In this document: positions 1 through 9,533 of the stretch, in pieces
Position numbering within the stretch: the first letter of the stretch is position 1
Layout of the letters: each line of letters opens with the position of its first letter
NCBI GenBank assembly: GCA_963771175.1
Contig: CAVYSY010000026.1
Location: 384,001-448,000 of the forward strand
Reading direction: 5' to 3'
DNA from: an uncultured delta proteobacterium
GTDB lineage: Bacteria; Myxococcota; Myxococcia; Myxococcales; Myxococcaceae
DNA length: 64,000 bases
Notes under the pieces: generated by a model
Databases searched by the model: none
The model's input: the letters and a program-made list of their open reading frames with translations, nothing else
Told to the model about the DNA's origin: nothing
Translations under genes and position numbers: made by a program

Positions 1-2181
1 AAGTTCCTCCTGGCGCAGCGGCTGCCGCGCAAGGCCATCGAGCTGCTCAAGGAGACGGCCGCGGAGGCCGCCAGCGCGGCCAAGGACCGCGTGGGCCCCG
101 AGGACGTCCTCACCCGCTTCTGCGCCACCACCCGACTGCCGCGCTTCGTGGTGGACGACGCGATGCCGCTGGATCTGGAGGAGACGGAGCGCTTCTTCGG
201 AGAGCGGCTGCTGGGCCAGACGGACGCGGTGCAGGCCGTGCTGCGCTCGGTGGCGCTGCTCAAGGCGGGGCTCAACGACCCGCGCCGGCCGCTCGGCGTG
301 TTCCTCTTCGCCGGTCCCACCGGCGTGGGCAAGACGCAGCTCGCCAAGCTGCTGGCCGAGTACCTCTTCGGCTCGCAGGACCGGCTCGTGCGCCTCAACA
401 TGGCGGACTTCCCCAACGACGGCGACGAGAGCGTCCCCTTCGGGGCCTCGTGGGCTCCCGCGCTGGAGACGAAGCGCGGCGAGCTGACGCGCGCTGCTCG
501 AGGGCAAGGTGTTCACCGTGCTGCTGCTCGACGAGTTCGAGAAGGCCGCGCGCAGCGTGCACGACCGCTTCCTCCAGCTCTTCGACGAGGGCACCTTCGT
601 CAACGGCGCGGGCGAGACGGTGCTCCTGCAACAACACCGTCATCGTGGCCACGTCCAACGTGGGCGCCGAGGTGTACCGCGAGCCGGCCATCGGCTTCAC
701 GGGCTCGCGCCGTCCCGAGGAGCTGCATCACCGAGGTGGACCGGCGCATCGCCGAGGCCTTCCGCCCCGAGTTCCTCAACCGCTTCGACGCCATCTGCCA
801 CTTCCAGCCGCTGACGAAGGTGGAGATCCGCAAGCATCGCCCAGCGCGAGGTGGGCCGGGTGCTGGAGCGCGAGGGCATCCGGGCACGTGCGCTGGACGT
901 GGAGGTGACACCGGAGGTGGTGGACCTGCTGGTGGAGCGCGGCTACTCGCCGCAGTTCGGCGCGCGCTACCTGCAGCGGGAAATCGAGAAGACGCTCACC
1001 GCGGCGCTGGCGGTGGAGATCGCCCGCCGGCCACTGCCCCCGGGAACACCGGTGCGGGTGGAGACCCGACCGGGCGGCAAGGTGGTGGCGGTGGCCGAGC
1101 TCGCGCCGCGCCCGCGCGAGGAGACGGCGCAGCTCGCGCTGCCCACGGAGAAGTCGGTGTCCGCGGTGAAGCGGCGGCTGGACAAGAAGTCGCTGCTCAA
1201 CGAGATGGACCGGCTGGTGGGCCGCGCGCGGGCGCTGTCGGTGTCGGCGAACCGGCCGAGGCTGGAGGAGCGACGCGCGCAGTTGCTGGCGGAGACACAG
1301 GCGCCCAACCTCTGGGACGACCCGCAGCGCGCGGCCTCGACGCTGCGGGCCTTCCGGACGGTGGAGGCTCAACTCAACGAGCTGGACCGGATGGAGGAGC
1401 GGACCAGTTCGCGCGGCGGCTGGTGCGCGAGGCGAGGGGCGAGGCGCAGCTCGCGTCGGCGGCGAAGCAGGTGGAGGAGGTGGCGCGCGAGGTGCAGATG
1501 GCCGAGGCGCTGGACGCGGCGGGAGCGACGGACCACGTCGACGACGCGCTGGTGGACATCTGCGCGAGCGAGACGGGCGAGGGACAAGACACCTGGGTGC
1601 AGGAGCTGGCGACCATGTACCTGGGCTGGGCGGAGCGGCGCGGCTACGAGGCCATCGCGGTGGCGGAGGCGGAGGAGCCCTTCCGGGTGGTGGTGCGAAT
1701 CGCCGGACCGGGAGCCTACGGCTACCTGGCGGGCGAGGCGGGCCTGCACCGGCGCATCGACGAGGAGAAGCGCCAGCGTGCCTACGTGCGGGTGCACCGG
1801 GGAGGACCGGTGCAGGAGGCGGAGAGCCTGGACGTGGAGGGCCGCGACGTGAGGCGGCACGAGGGGACGTTCCTCGCGCGGGTGAAGACGGAAGTGACGG
1901 TGCGGGACGAGACCACCGGCCGGATGATGACGCTGGCGGGCGCGGGCGAGCTGGACGAGCTGAAGGACATCGCCTCGCGAGTGGTGAAGGGCCAGGGCGG
2001 CAGCCACACGGCGGACGAGGCCCGGCGCTACTACCTGGGCCGGGGTGCTCGGGTGGAGGACCCGCGCACCGGCGCCGGCACTCCGCGCGTGAAGGACGTG
2101 CTGCGCGGCGAGCTGGACGTCTTCATCGCCGCGTGGATCTCCCGTCCGCCCCCCGAGGGCCCCACCACCATCGCGAGCTGA
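1..2181 (+). CDS. ClpA/ClpB-family AAA+ ATPase fused to a C-terminal degenerate peptide chain release factor 2 (RF2)-like module; 5'-truncated by the window; frameshifted
   Basis: Stitched frames give RLPRKAIELL..GQTDAV..GLNDPRRPLGVFLFAGPTGVGKT (Walker A), VLLLDEFEKA (Walker B), IVATSNVG, PAIGF, FRPEFLNRFD, PQFGARYLQREIE; then RF2-like PNLWDDPQRA..WVQELATMYLGWAERRGY..GAYGYLAGEAGLHR..VEDPRTG..VLRGELDVFI. Frameshifts near 492, 625, 727, 835, 1402. Confidence 0.88.
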   Translation, partial: KFLLAQRLPRKAIELLKETAAEAASAAKDRVGPEDVLTRFCATTRLPRFVVDDAMPLDLEETERFFGERLLGQTDAVQAVLRSVALLKAGLNDPRRPLGVFLFAGPTGVGKTQLAKLLAEYLFGSQDRLVRLNMADFPNDGDESVPFGASWAPALETKRGELTRAARGQGVHRAAARRVREGRAQRARPLPPALRRGHLRQRRGRDGAPATTPSSWPRPTWAPRCTASRPSASRARAVPRSCITEVDRRIAEAFRPEFLNRFDAICHFQPLTKVEIRKHRPARGGPGAGARGHPGTCAGRGGDTGGGGPAGGARLLAAVRRALPAAGNREDAHRGAGGGDRPPATAPGNTGAGGDPTGRQGGGGGRARAAPARGDGAARAAHGEVGVRGEAAAGQEVAAQRDGPAGGPRAGAVGVGEPAEAGGATRAVAGGDTGAQPLGRPAARGLDAAGLPDGGGSTQRAGPDGGADQFARRLVREARGEAQLASAAKQVEEVAREVQMAEALDAAGATDHVDDALVDICASETGEGQDTWVQELATMYLGWAERRGYEAIAVAEAEEPFRVVVRIAGPGAYGYLAGEAGLHRRIDEEKRQRAYVRVHRGGPVQEAESLDVEGRDVRRHEGTFLARVKTEVTVRDETTGRMMTLAGAGELDELKDIASRVVKGQGGSHTADEARRYYLGRGARVEDPRTGAGTPRVKDVLRGELDVFIAAWISRPPPEGPTTIAS

Positions 2182-2214
2182 AGTGCCCAAGCACAGTTCG
2201 GAAGCAAGGGCCCG

Positions 2215-2297
2215 CCGGGCTCGGTCTTCAGAAACCTGTCCGACAGTCGGACAGGTTTTCCAAGAGCGCGACCCGGGGGGCCGACGGGTCTCAGGGG
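2215..2297. repeat. REP-like palindromic intergenic element, copy 1
   Basis: Perfect 13-bp inverted repeat aaacctgtccgac-a-gtcggacaggttt at 2232-2258; flanks match 18563-18643. Confidence 0.85.
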
Positions 2298-2302
2298 TTA
2301 GA

Positions 2303-3454
2303 ATGAATGGGATGAGCCTTCCTCCCAAATCCTGGTCGATGTGCGAGCACTGGGGCTGGATGGGCGTGCTGTTGGCCCTGGCCGCGCTCAGTGGATGCCG
2401 CACCGTCCCCGTCCAGGTGTCCCCCCAGGCCCCGGAGCTGCGCTTCAGCGGCCGGGTGGAACGTGGAGACCCGGGTGGCCCCCACTTCGCCTGGGGTGGC
2501 ACGTCCCTCACCGTGCGATTCACCGGCACCTCCCTCGGCCTGCGCCTGCTCGATCTGCCCAAGGGCGAGGAGCGTGCTCCCAACCGTTTCCGCTTCAGCG
2601 TGGACGGCGCGCCCTTCCGTGACCTCTACGTGGGTGAGGGGCCCCTGCTCTACCGCATCGCCGAGGGCCTCCCCGAGGGTGAGCACGTGCTGCGCCTGGA
2701 GAAAGAAACCGAGTCCGTCGTCGGAGAGACCCAGCTCCTCGGGCTGGAGCTGGCCCCGGGCGCCCGGCTGCTGCCCGCGCCTCCCGGGCCCTCGCGCCGC
2801 ATCGAGTTCATCGGCGACTCGGGCCTCACCGGCTACGGCATCGAGGGCAAGAACGAGCTCTGCAGCTTCAACGCGGAGACCCAGCGCAACTCCCTCTCCT
2901 GGGCCGCCCTCACCACCCAGGCCCTCGGCGCCGAGCCCTCCTTCATCGCCTTCTCCGGCAAGGGCGTGGCCGTCAACTACTCGAACGACCCGACCCCCAC
3001 CCTGCCCCAGCTCTACGAGCGCACCCTCCCCTTTCGCGAGGACAGCCGCTGGGACTTCACGTCCTGGGTGCCCGACGCGGTGGTCATCCAGCTCGGCGCC
3101 AACGACTTCTGGAAGGAGCACCCCGGCGAGGAGCGCTTCCGCGGCGCCTACCGTGCCCTGGTGGAGCGCATCCGCGGCAACTACCCCGGTGCCCACATCG
3201 TCTGCGTCCTGGGCTCCGGCATCATCGACAGCCACCCCAAGGACCTCAAGGCGCGCACCCACGCCCGTGCCCTCATCTCCGGCATGGTCGAGGCCCTGCG
3301 CCAGGCCGGCGATACCCGCGTGCACTTCGTCGAGGTCCCTCCCAGGCTCGACGACGAAGGCCTGGGCTGTACCTGGCACCCCAGCCAGAAGACGCACCAA
3401 CGGACGGCCGAGCAGATGACGCCCCTGCTGCGCGAGCTGCTCGGCTGGAAGTAG
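2303..3454 (+). CDS. SGNH/GDSL esterase lipoprotein (CE2-like acetyl esterase)
   Basis: Lipobox LAALSGC, IEFIGDS, LGAND, WHPS; start uncertain (2303 or 2360). Confidence 0.85.
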   Translation: MNGMSLPPKSWSMCEHWGWMGVLLALAALSGCRTVPVQVSPQAPELRFSGRVERGDPGGPHFAWGGTSLTVRFTGTSLGLRLLDLPKGEERAPNRFRFSVDGAPFRDLYVGEGPLLYRIAEGLPEGEHVLRLEKETESVVGETQLLGLELAPGARLLPAPPGPSRRIEFIGDSGLTGYGIEGKNELCSFNAETQRNSLSWAALTTQALGAEPSFIAFSGKGVAVNYSNDPTPTLPQLYERTLPFREDSRWDFTSWVPDAVVIQLGANDFWKEHPGEERFRGAYRALVERIRGNYPGAHIVCVLGSGIIDSHPKDLKARTHARALISGMVEALRQAGDTRVHFVEVPPRLDDEGLGCTWHPSQKTHQRTAEQMTPLLRELLGWK

Positions 3455-3463
3455 CTCCGAGCC

Positions 3464-5724
3464 TCAGGGCTTCGCTGGCTCGGAGGGGACGGGTGGCACG
3501 CCCGGAGAGGCACCGGGTGACATCAGCGCGTCGCACATGCTGCCCGCCATCCATTGACGCTGGCAGGCCTCGCGGACAAGCGGCTCGCGGAACTGCCAGA
3601 GCACGACGAAGAGGATGAGGAGCGAGATGCCGATCCAGACCCCCGGCGAACGTGGCTCCGCCTCCTCGTCCTCGCGCACCGTCACGAGGACGGAGCGCAG
3701 CACATCCGTGTGATCCACGGTGGCGTTCTTCGGCAGCCTCGGCCGACGGGTGATGAGGGCCCCCAGGTCTCGCGTGAGCCCCAACCGGTCATTGAGCGCC
3801 CAGCCCGAGCCCTCCAACAGCAGCGCCAGGTTGCGCCTGCGCAGCTTGAGCCACCCCAGCAGGCCCGAGGGCACCATGACCGCGGTGACGATGATGATCA
3901 CCGCCGTGATGACATCGAAGAGCGTGAGCGACTTCACCTGATTCATGATGAAGGCGAGCGACGAGCCGACGGCCGCGAACGTGATACCCACCGCCGCGAT
4001 GAGGCCCCCCGGCCCTCCCGCTGGCTGTGGCGCCGCGGGAGCCCCCGGGGCTGGCGCGGCCGGAGCGGGTGCCGGCACGGCCGGGGGAACGAGCCCGGGG
4101 GCCCGCGCATAGCCCGTCTCCAATTGCGCATCGAGCGTCTTCTCCCCGGCGGCCGCCATCCCCTCGATCTTCGAGGAGATGAACTGGCCGATCCGCTCGA
4201 ACGGCATCGTCATCGACTCCCACAAGGAGACGGGCTGGCGGACCACCTGGGTCACCACGGCGTCGAACTCGCGGCCCTCCATGTCATAGAACACGCCGCG
4301 CTTGCCCACCGCGAGCTCGCGGCTCCGACCGCGCGTGGCGGGCACGGCCACCTCGTAGTGCTCGCCCCCTTCCTTCGCCATCACCTGCACGTAGAGGGTG
4401 CAGGTGGTCCCCTGGCTCGTCAGCGCGAAGTGCGCGGCGTGGTTCGTCACCAGCACCGACAGCCTGTACCGGCGCCCCTCGAGGATGAGCGTCCCCTTCT
4501 CCACCAGCGCGCGCCGCTTCGTCTGGTAGAGGTCCGGCATGCTGATGAAGTTGTTGGCGAATGTCAGCAGCCAGCGCTGGTAGAGGATCAACCGCTCCAG
4601 CTCGTCCACCGCGTCCAGCTTGTCCTTCAGCGCCAGGTCCGCCCGGCACGCCGCTTCGAGGGCATCGAGCTCCGCGTCCGTGACGTCCGACAGCGCGTCC
4701 ACCCAGGTGCGCAAGGGGCTCGCGTCGATCCGCGCCTGCCACGCCAGGATGGCCTCGGCCTTCGCGGACAGCTCGCGCCAGGCGGTGTCCGCGAGCGTCG
4801 CCATGTCCCCGGTAAGGGGCACCGCCACGTCCCGCCGGAAGGCCTCGAGCTTCTCGAACGCTTGGCCCCGGTACAGCCGGGACCAGCGGAGCGCTCCCCG
4901 GGCTCGGGAGGCGCCACGGGCAACTCCGACACCACCCGCGAGAGCGCCTGGGTGTCTCCGAGCGCGCCCTGCACCCGGCCCGCCTCCAGCTTGAGGCTCG
5001 TAACGGCCTCGGGCTGGGCCGCGACCAGCCGGCACTGCAGGAAATACGTGTCGAGCAGCGGTCGGATCTCCTGGATGCGCTGGGCCTGCTCCACGCTCCG
5101 CTCGCCCCACACGAGCACCGCCGCCCGTCCCGCGAGGTGTGCCAGCAGCGCGGTCCGCTCCTCCCGGAAGCGCTGGACCATGGGCAGGTCCACGCCCGCC
5201 TGCCCCGAGCGGTTCTTCACCTCGGGGAAGCTGGCCATGAGCTTCTCCGCCAGGGGGCGCAGCGGCACGGGCAGGAGCACCGGGGCAACGATGCCGTCCC
5301 CGTTCTGCCCCGCCGCGAGCAGCGCCTTCTCGCTGGCCCGCACCTGCTCCAGCGAGATGCGCGTCCGGTCCTCCACCTTCAGCGTCTCCAGCAGGATGCC
5401 GGCCACCTCCCGCAGCTTCACGCCCTCGTCCGAGAGCGCGTCCAGCTCGAGCACGTCACTCGCCGCGTCCGCGCCCCGGTACGACTTCAGCAGCTTCGCC
5501 GCGTGCTCGACGGCGGCCCGCACCTCGGTGACGCGGATGCGTCCGTTCTTGTCCGTGTCGACGAAGGCGAGGAACCGCGGGTCGCAGTTGAGCCCCTCGA
5601 CGGGGCAGGCCGTGGCGAGCCACTGCGTCTCCGGGATGCGGATGGCCTCCACGAGCACTTCGAAGGAGGGAATGGAGACCTGGAGCGAGCCTCCGTAGCG
5701 GCGGTAGATAAGGGGGCGCGTCAT
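3464..5724 (-). CDS. Conserved hypothetical membrane protein with N-terminal EF-hand-like loop; one frameshift near 4900
   Basis: MTRPLIYRRYGGSLQ..DTDKNGRIRVTE in ORF 4627..5901 joins ORF 3464..5110, which has C-terminal hydrophobic helices. Confidence 0.7.
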
Positions 5725-5907
5725 GCGGCGCAAGAGAGCACATCGCCCGCCCTCCGAGGGACTGAGAAAGCTACCGTTTCTCGAATCGGGCCACCCGAGC
5801 GGGCAGCCGACCGCACGAAGCCCGGTCCGGGCCTTCTGTCGGGCAACGAGCGTGCGATCCACCGGTCTCCGTATCGACCTGCTTGCATCCGGACCCCTCA
5901 CCGGGGC

Positions 5908-6459
5908 ATGTCACACGGCGTGAGCCAGCCAGAGCACCAGCGGGAAGTGACCGAGACGGGCGCAGCCGAGCGCGGAGTCATCTTCCACGCCTACACGGAC
6001 CAGCCGAGGTCCCGCGTCGACCTCCGGTATTTCCTGTATCCCGCGGCGCTGCTGCTGATCATCGGACTCGGCATGCTGACCGTGAGGTTCGAGCCGGAGG
6101 CCACCCCCATCCGCGTGGACACGCTCTGGGGTCTCCGGACGGTGCGCAAGGGCATGTCGCCGCAGGAGGTGCAGTCCCGCCTCGGCCAGCCCACCAGCAA
6201 GGAGCGCCGCGGCAACCTGGAGTGCTACCAGTACGGGAAGCCCACCATCAACGCGCCGAGCTTCACCCTGCACGTCGTCTGCTACGAGGACGGCAAGCTC
6301 CGCGAGGTGTCCGAGAAGCGCTACAACTCGTGGGTGGTGACGCAGGACGGAGCCATCTCCCCGGCTCCGCTCGAGTACGCGCTGACTCCGGACCCGGACC
6401 CGGCTCCGACCCCGGCCAACCCCGGCGCGCCGGGCATCGCCAACACGGCCTCTCCGTAA
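5908..6459 (+). CDS. Membrane-anchored SmpA/BamE-like domain protein
   Basis: TM helix YPAALLLIIGLGMLTV followed by VRKGMSPQEVQSRLGQP. Confidence 0.65.
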   Translation: MSHGVSQPEHQREVTETGAAERGVIFHAYTDQPRSRVDLRYFLYPAALLLIIGLGMLTVRFEPEATPIRVDTLWGLRTVRKGMSPQEVQSRLGQPTSKERRGNLECYQYGKPTINAPSFTLHVVCYEDGKLREVSEKRYNSWVVTQDGAISPAPLEYALTPDPDPAPTPANPGAPGIANTASP

Positions 6460-6499
6460 CACCCCACCGCGCTCCGGGGTCCATCCCCGGGCAACGGGC

Positions 6500-7366
6500 T
6501 CAGCGCGGAATACCTCGGGCGTGGCGTGCGATGGCGTCCGACAGTCTCTCGGGAGCGCCCTCGGCGGCCCCGAAGAAGAGCCGCGGCTCGATGACCTCCA
6601 GTTCCAGCAGCAGCGGCGTCCCCTCCGGACCGGTGGCCAGGTCCACCCGGGCGTAGAGGGTGCGCCCGGGGGTGGCGGCCAGCACGCGCTCCGCGAGCGC
6701 CTGTTCCTCCCCGCGTGGCACCAGGGCCACCCCGTCCGGGGCGATTCCACCCGGGGCCTCCATGGTGGCGGGCCGCACCACCGCGTGTGAGAAGACCCCA
6801 TCGAAGAAGATGTAGGAGCGCTCGCCCTTCTCGTGCAGCGCCGGCAGGAAGGGCTGCACCAGCGCGTCGCCCTCGGCGAGCACGGCGTTCAGGTGGGCCT
6901 GCCCCTCGCCGCCGAACCGCACGCGCTCGAAGCGCCGGGTGAGTCGCCCTCCCCCCGACACCGCGGGTTTGATGACCACGGACTGCCACCCGCGTGTCGC
7001 CGCGAGCGCCGGCAACGAGGCCGCCTGGCCCCGAGGACAGAGCGCCGTGGGCGTGACCGGGATGCCTCGCCCGGCGAGCTGCTGCAGGTAGGCCTTGTGG
7101 CTGTTCCAGCGCAGCACGTCCGGCGGGTTGAGGAGCTTCACCTGCGAGCCCACCCGCTCCAGCCAGGCCTGGAAGTCCGAGGGCTTGAGGAAGTAGTCCC
7201 AGGTGGCGCGCACCACGGCGAGCCGGAAGCGCTTCCAGTCCACGCGCGGGTCGTCCCACACCACGCTGTGAGGCATCAGCCCGCGGGCACGCAAGGGGGT
7301 GAGCAACCTCCGGTCATCCTCCGGAAGCTCCGGCAAACCCGCGTAGGTGATGAGTGCGATGTCCAT
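6500..7366 (-). CDS. RimK/glutathione synthetase-like ATP-grasp protein
   Basis: VVWDDPRVDW, RATWDY, WNSHKAYL, VIKPAVSGG, YARVDL, LLELEVIEP; alternative start 7450. Confidence 0.85.
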   Translation of the reverse strand: MDIALITYAGLPELPEDDRRLLTPLRARGLMPHSVVWDDPRVDWKRFRLAVVRATWDYFLKPSDFQAWLERVGSQVKLLNPPDVLRWNSHKAYLQQLAGRGIPVTPTALCPRGQAASLPALAATRGWQSVVIKPAVSGGGRLTRRFERVRFGGEGQAHLNAVLAEGDALVQPFLPALHEKGERSYIFFDGVFSHAVVRPATMEAPGGIAPDGVALVPRGEEQALAERVLAATPGRTLYARVDLATGPEGTPLLLELEVIEPRLFFGAAEGAPERLSDAIARHARGIPR

Positions 7367-7516
7367 TCGCGGCTGCTTCTCGCTCACCCCACCCGCTCCT
7401 GCCAAGCACAGGATGAAAGCGAGGAGCCCAACCGCCCGGCCCCCCAGCATCCCCCTCCGCCCACCGACACCGGACGCGAAGATGGCGCCCTCTCCCGACC
7501 CGGGGTACGAGGAGAC

Positions 7517-8248
7517 ATGCGCTGGCTCCTCTCGGTGCTTTTCTGGTTGTTCTTCGCGGTGAGCTCCGCCGTCCTCGTCTTCGTGGCGCTCGCCCTCTTC
7601 CTTGTCACCTGGCCCTTCGACCGCAATGGCCGGGTGCTGCACCTCTTCTCCTGCGCCTGGGCCCAGCTCTACTTCTGGGTGAACCCCGGCTGGCACCTGC
7701 GCATCGAGGGCCGCGAGCGCCTGCCCTGGCACGGCCCGGCGGTGCTGGTCTCCAACCACCAGTCCCTGGGCGACATCCTCGTGCTCTTCGGCCTCTACCG
7801 GCCCTTCAAGTGGGTCTCCAAGGCCAGCAACTTCAAGCTGCCGTTCCTCGGCTGGAACATGTACCTCAACCGCTACGTGAGGCTGGTGCGGGGGAACAAG
7901 GACAGCATCGCGAAGATGATGGCCGACTGTGAGCGCTGGCTGGACCGGGGGGTGCCGGTGCTCCTCTTCCCCGAGGGTACCCGCTCGCCGGACAGCCAGT
8001 TGCTGCCCTTCAAGGATGGCGCCTTCCGCCTGGCCCTCGCCAAGGGCTGCCCGCTCATCCCCATGGTGCTCACCGGCACGGCGGACACCCTCCCCAAGCA
8101 CGGGCTGCTGCTGAAGTCCCGGGCGGACTGCAAGGTCCGCGTCCTCGAGCCGGTGGATCCCCGCGCCTTCTCCGACGTGAACGCGATGCGTGACCACGTG
8201 CGCGACCTCATGGCCCGGGAGCTCGCCCGCCTCGAGGCCGAGGTGTGA
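7517..8248 (+). CDS. 1-acyl-sn-glycerol-3-phosphate acyltransferase (PlsC family)
   Basis: SNHQSLGD and FPEGTRS motifs; gaggag RBS. Confidence 0.92.
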   Translation: MRWLLSVLFWLFFAVSSAVLVFVALALFLVTWPFDRNGRVLHLFSCAWAQLYFWVNPGWHLRIEGRERLPWHGPAVLVSNHQSLGDILVLFGLYRPFKWVSKASNFKLPFLGWNMYLNRYVRLVRGNKDSIAKMMADCERWLDRGVPVLLFPEGTRSPDSQLLPFKDGAFRLALAKGCPLIPMVLTGTADTLPKHGLLLKSRADCKVRVLEPVDPRAFSDVNAMRDHVRDLMARELARLEAEV

Positions 8249-8265
8249 GGGGTGGAGCCGCTTTT

Positions 8266-9261
8266 TCAGGGGGCGAGAAAGAAGTCGGCGACCACGGCGG
8301 CATGATCCGAGCCGCCCAGCCCACGTGACCCATCGCGCACCGCCCGGAAGGAGGCCGGCACGTAGCCGCCCCCGTCGTTGCGAGCCAGGAAGAGGTGGTC
8401 GATGGCCTGGAGGTTCCCAAAGTAAGAGTACGTCCAGACGTCTCCCGAGGGACGGTCGCTGGCGACGCGCAGGAGCGAGCCGCCCTGCTCCAGGGCGTTG
8501 ATCGGCGGAGAGCCGGGCACGTCGTTGAGGTCACCCCCGAGCACAACCAGCGCGCGAGGGCGCTCTGCGGCGACGGCGGTGACGATCGCGTAGGCCCCCT
8601 GGGCCTCGGCGAGCCGGCGGCCGGGATCGTCATTCGACTTGGAACGGAAGTGGGCGGCGAAGACCACGACCTCGGCCCCGGCCACGTCCAGGTGGACCTC
8701 GAGCAGCTCGCGCGCGAAGGTGGTGGCGGAGCCGTCCGGACGCCGCAGCTCCTGCTCGCGGTGCCCGAGCACCTGGGTGATGGGCCAGGCGGAGAGAACG
8801 CCCACATCCACGGAGGCGGGGGCGCCCGTTTCCCCCAGCACGGCCCAGGGCAGGCCCGGCAGCCGGGTCCGGAGCGCCTCCAGCGAGGCCTGGCTCTCCA
8901 CCTCCTCCACCAGCACCACACCCGCGTTCAGCGACGTGATGGCCGCGGCGAGCTGGCTGGCGCGCGCTGAAAACTCCTCTGGCGACGGCAATTCCTCGTA
9001 GTTGGAGCCCCCGCACGAACCGGAGTCACAGACGGTGTCGAAGAAGCGGTGGACGTTGAAGGCGGCGATCCGCACCGAGGGCCCGACCGACGCATCCGAG
9101 CCGTCCTCGCTCGGCACATTCCCCACGACCTCGCGCCCCTCGAAACAGCCCGGGAGCCCGAGGGAGGCCAGGAGCAGCCCCGCGAGGAGCGAACGGCCTC
9201 GCGAGCGGGCCCTCCGCTCGGGGTGGCACGGGGAGGGCGACGAGGGAGGCGGAGTGCGCAT
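8266..9261 (-). CDS. Endonuclease/exonuclease/phosphatase family lipoprotein
   Basis: LPGC lipobox, IAAFNV, AHFRSK, GGDLND, IDHLF, SDHAAV. Confidence 0.88.
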   Translation of the reverse strand: MRTPPPSSPSPCHPERRARSRGRSLLAGLLLASLGLPGCFEGREVVGNVPSEDGSDASVGPSVRIAAFNVHRFFDTVCDSGSCGGSNYEELPSPEEFSARASQLAAAITSLNAGVVLVEEVESQASLEALRTRLPGLPWAVLGETGAPASVDVGVLSAWPITQVLGHREQELRRPDGSATTFARELLEVHLDVAGAEVVVFAAHFRSKSNDDPGRRLAEAQGAYAIVTAVAAERPRALVVLGGDLNDVPGSPPINALEQGGSLLRVASDRPSGDVWTYSYFGNLQAIDHLFLARNDGGGYVPASFRAVRDGSRGLGGSDHAAVVADFFLAP

Positions 9262-9533
9262 GCGACGGAGTCCAGGGGGGAGAGACAAGCCCCAGGCAGG
9301 CGGCCGAGCACGTTCCGTAGCCCGGAACCTCATGACTCCGCAACGCGCACCTCCCCCAGGTCCGGTGCTACTGCCGCGTGCAGCCCATTGCACCACGCGC
9401 ACCATCCACCGCTGGACGCCCCGCCTCCTTCGCCCCAACGAGAGGAAGCGCCCGCCCGAATCATCTGCCACCAGATTGCGCCCGCCCTCTACCCGGAGCG
9501 GTGGCCCTTTCTGCCTACACCGGAGCGTGCGCC

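Noticed and set aside
1390..1415. Programmed +1 frameshift as in prfB within the RF2-like module
   Set aside because: No CTT-TGA slippery site or internal SD, the position does not match the prfB site, and similar indels occur throughout the window.
2232..2258. CRISPR repeat
   Set aside because: Only two copies 16 kb apart, with no spacers or cas genes.
2183..2302. N-terminal extension of the SGNH esterase ORF
   Set aside because: It reads through the REP-like element and precedes the lipoprotein signal.
3554..5698. Long antisense or overlapping ORFs (here and throughout)
   Set aside because: Shadow ORFs expected from stop-codon scarcity at high GC; no recognisable motifs.
7367..7450. Signal peptide on the ATP-grasp protein
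   Set aside because: It lies in the divergent promoter region, and export is implausible for an ATP-dependent ligase; the start is unverified.
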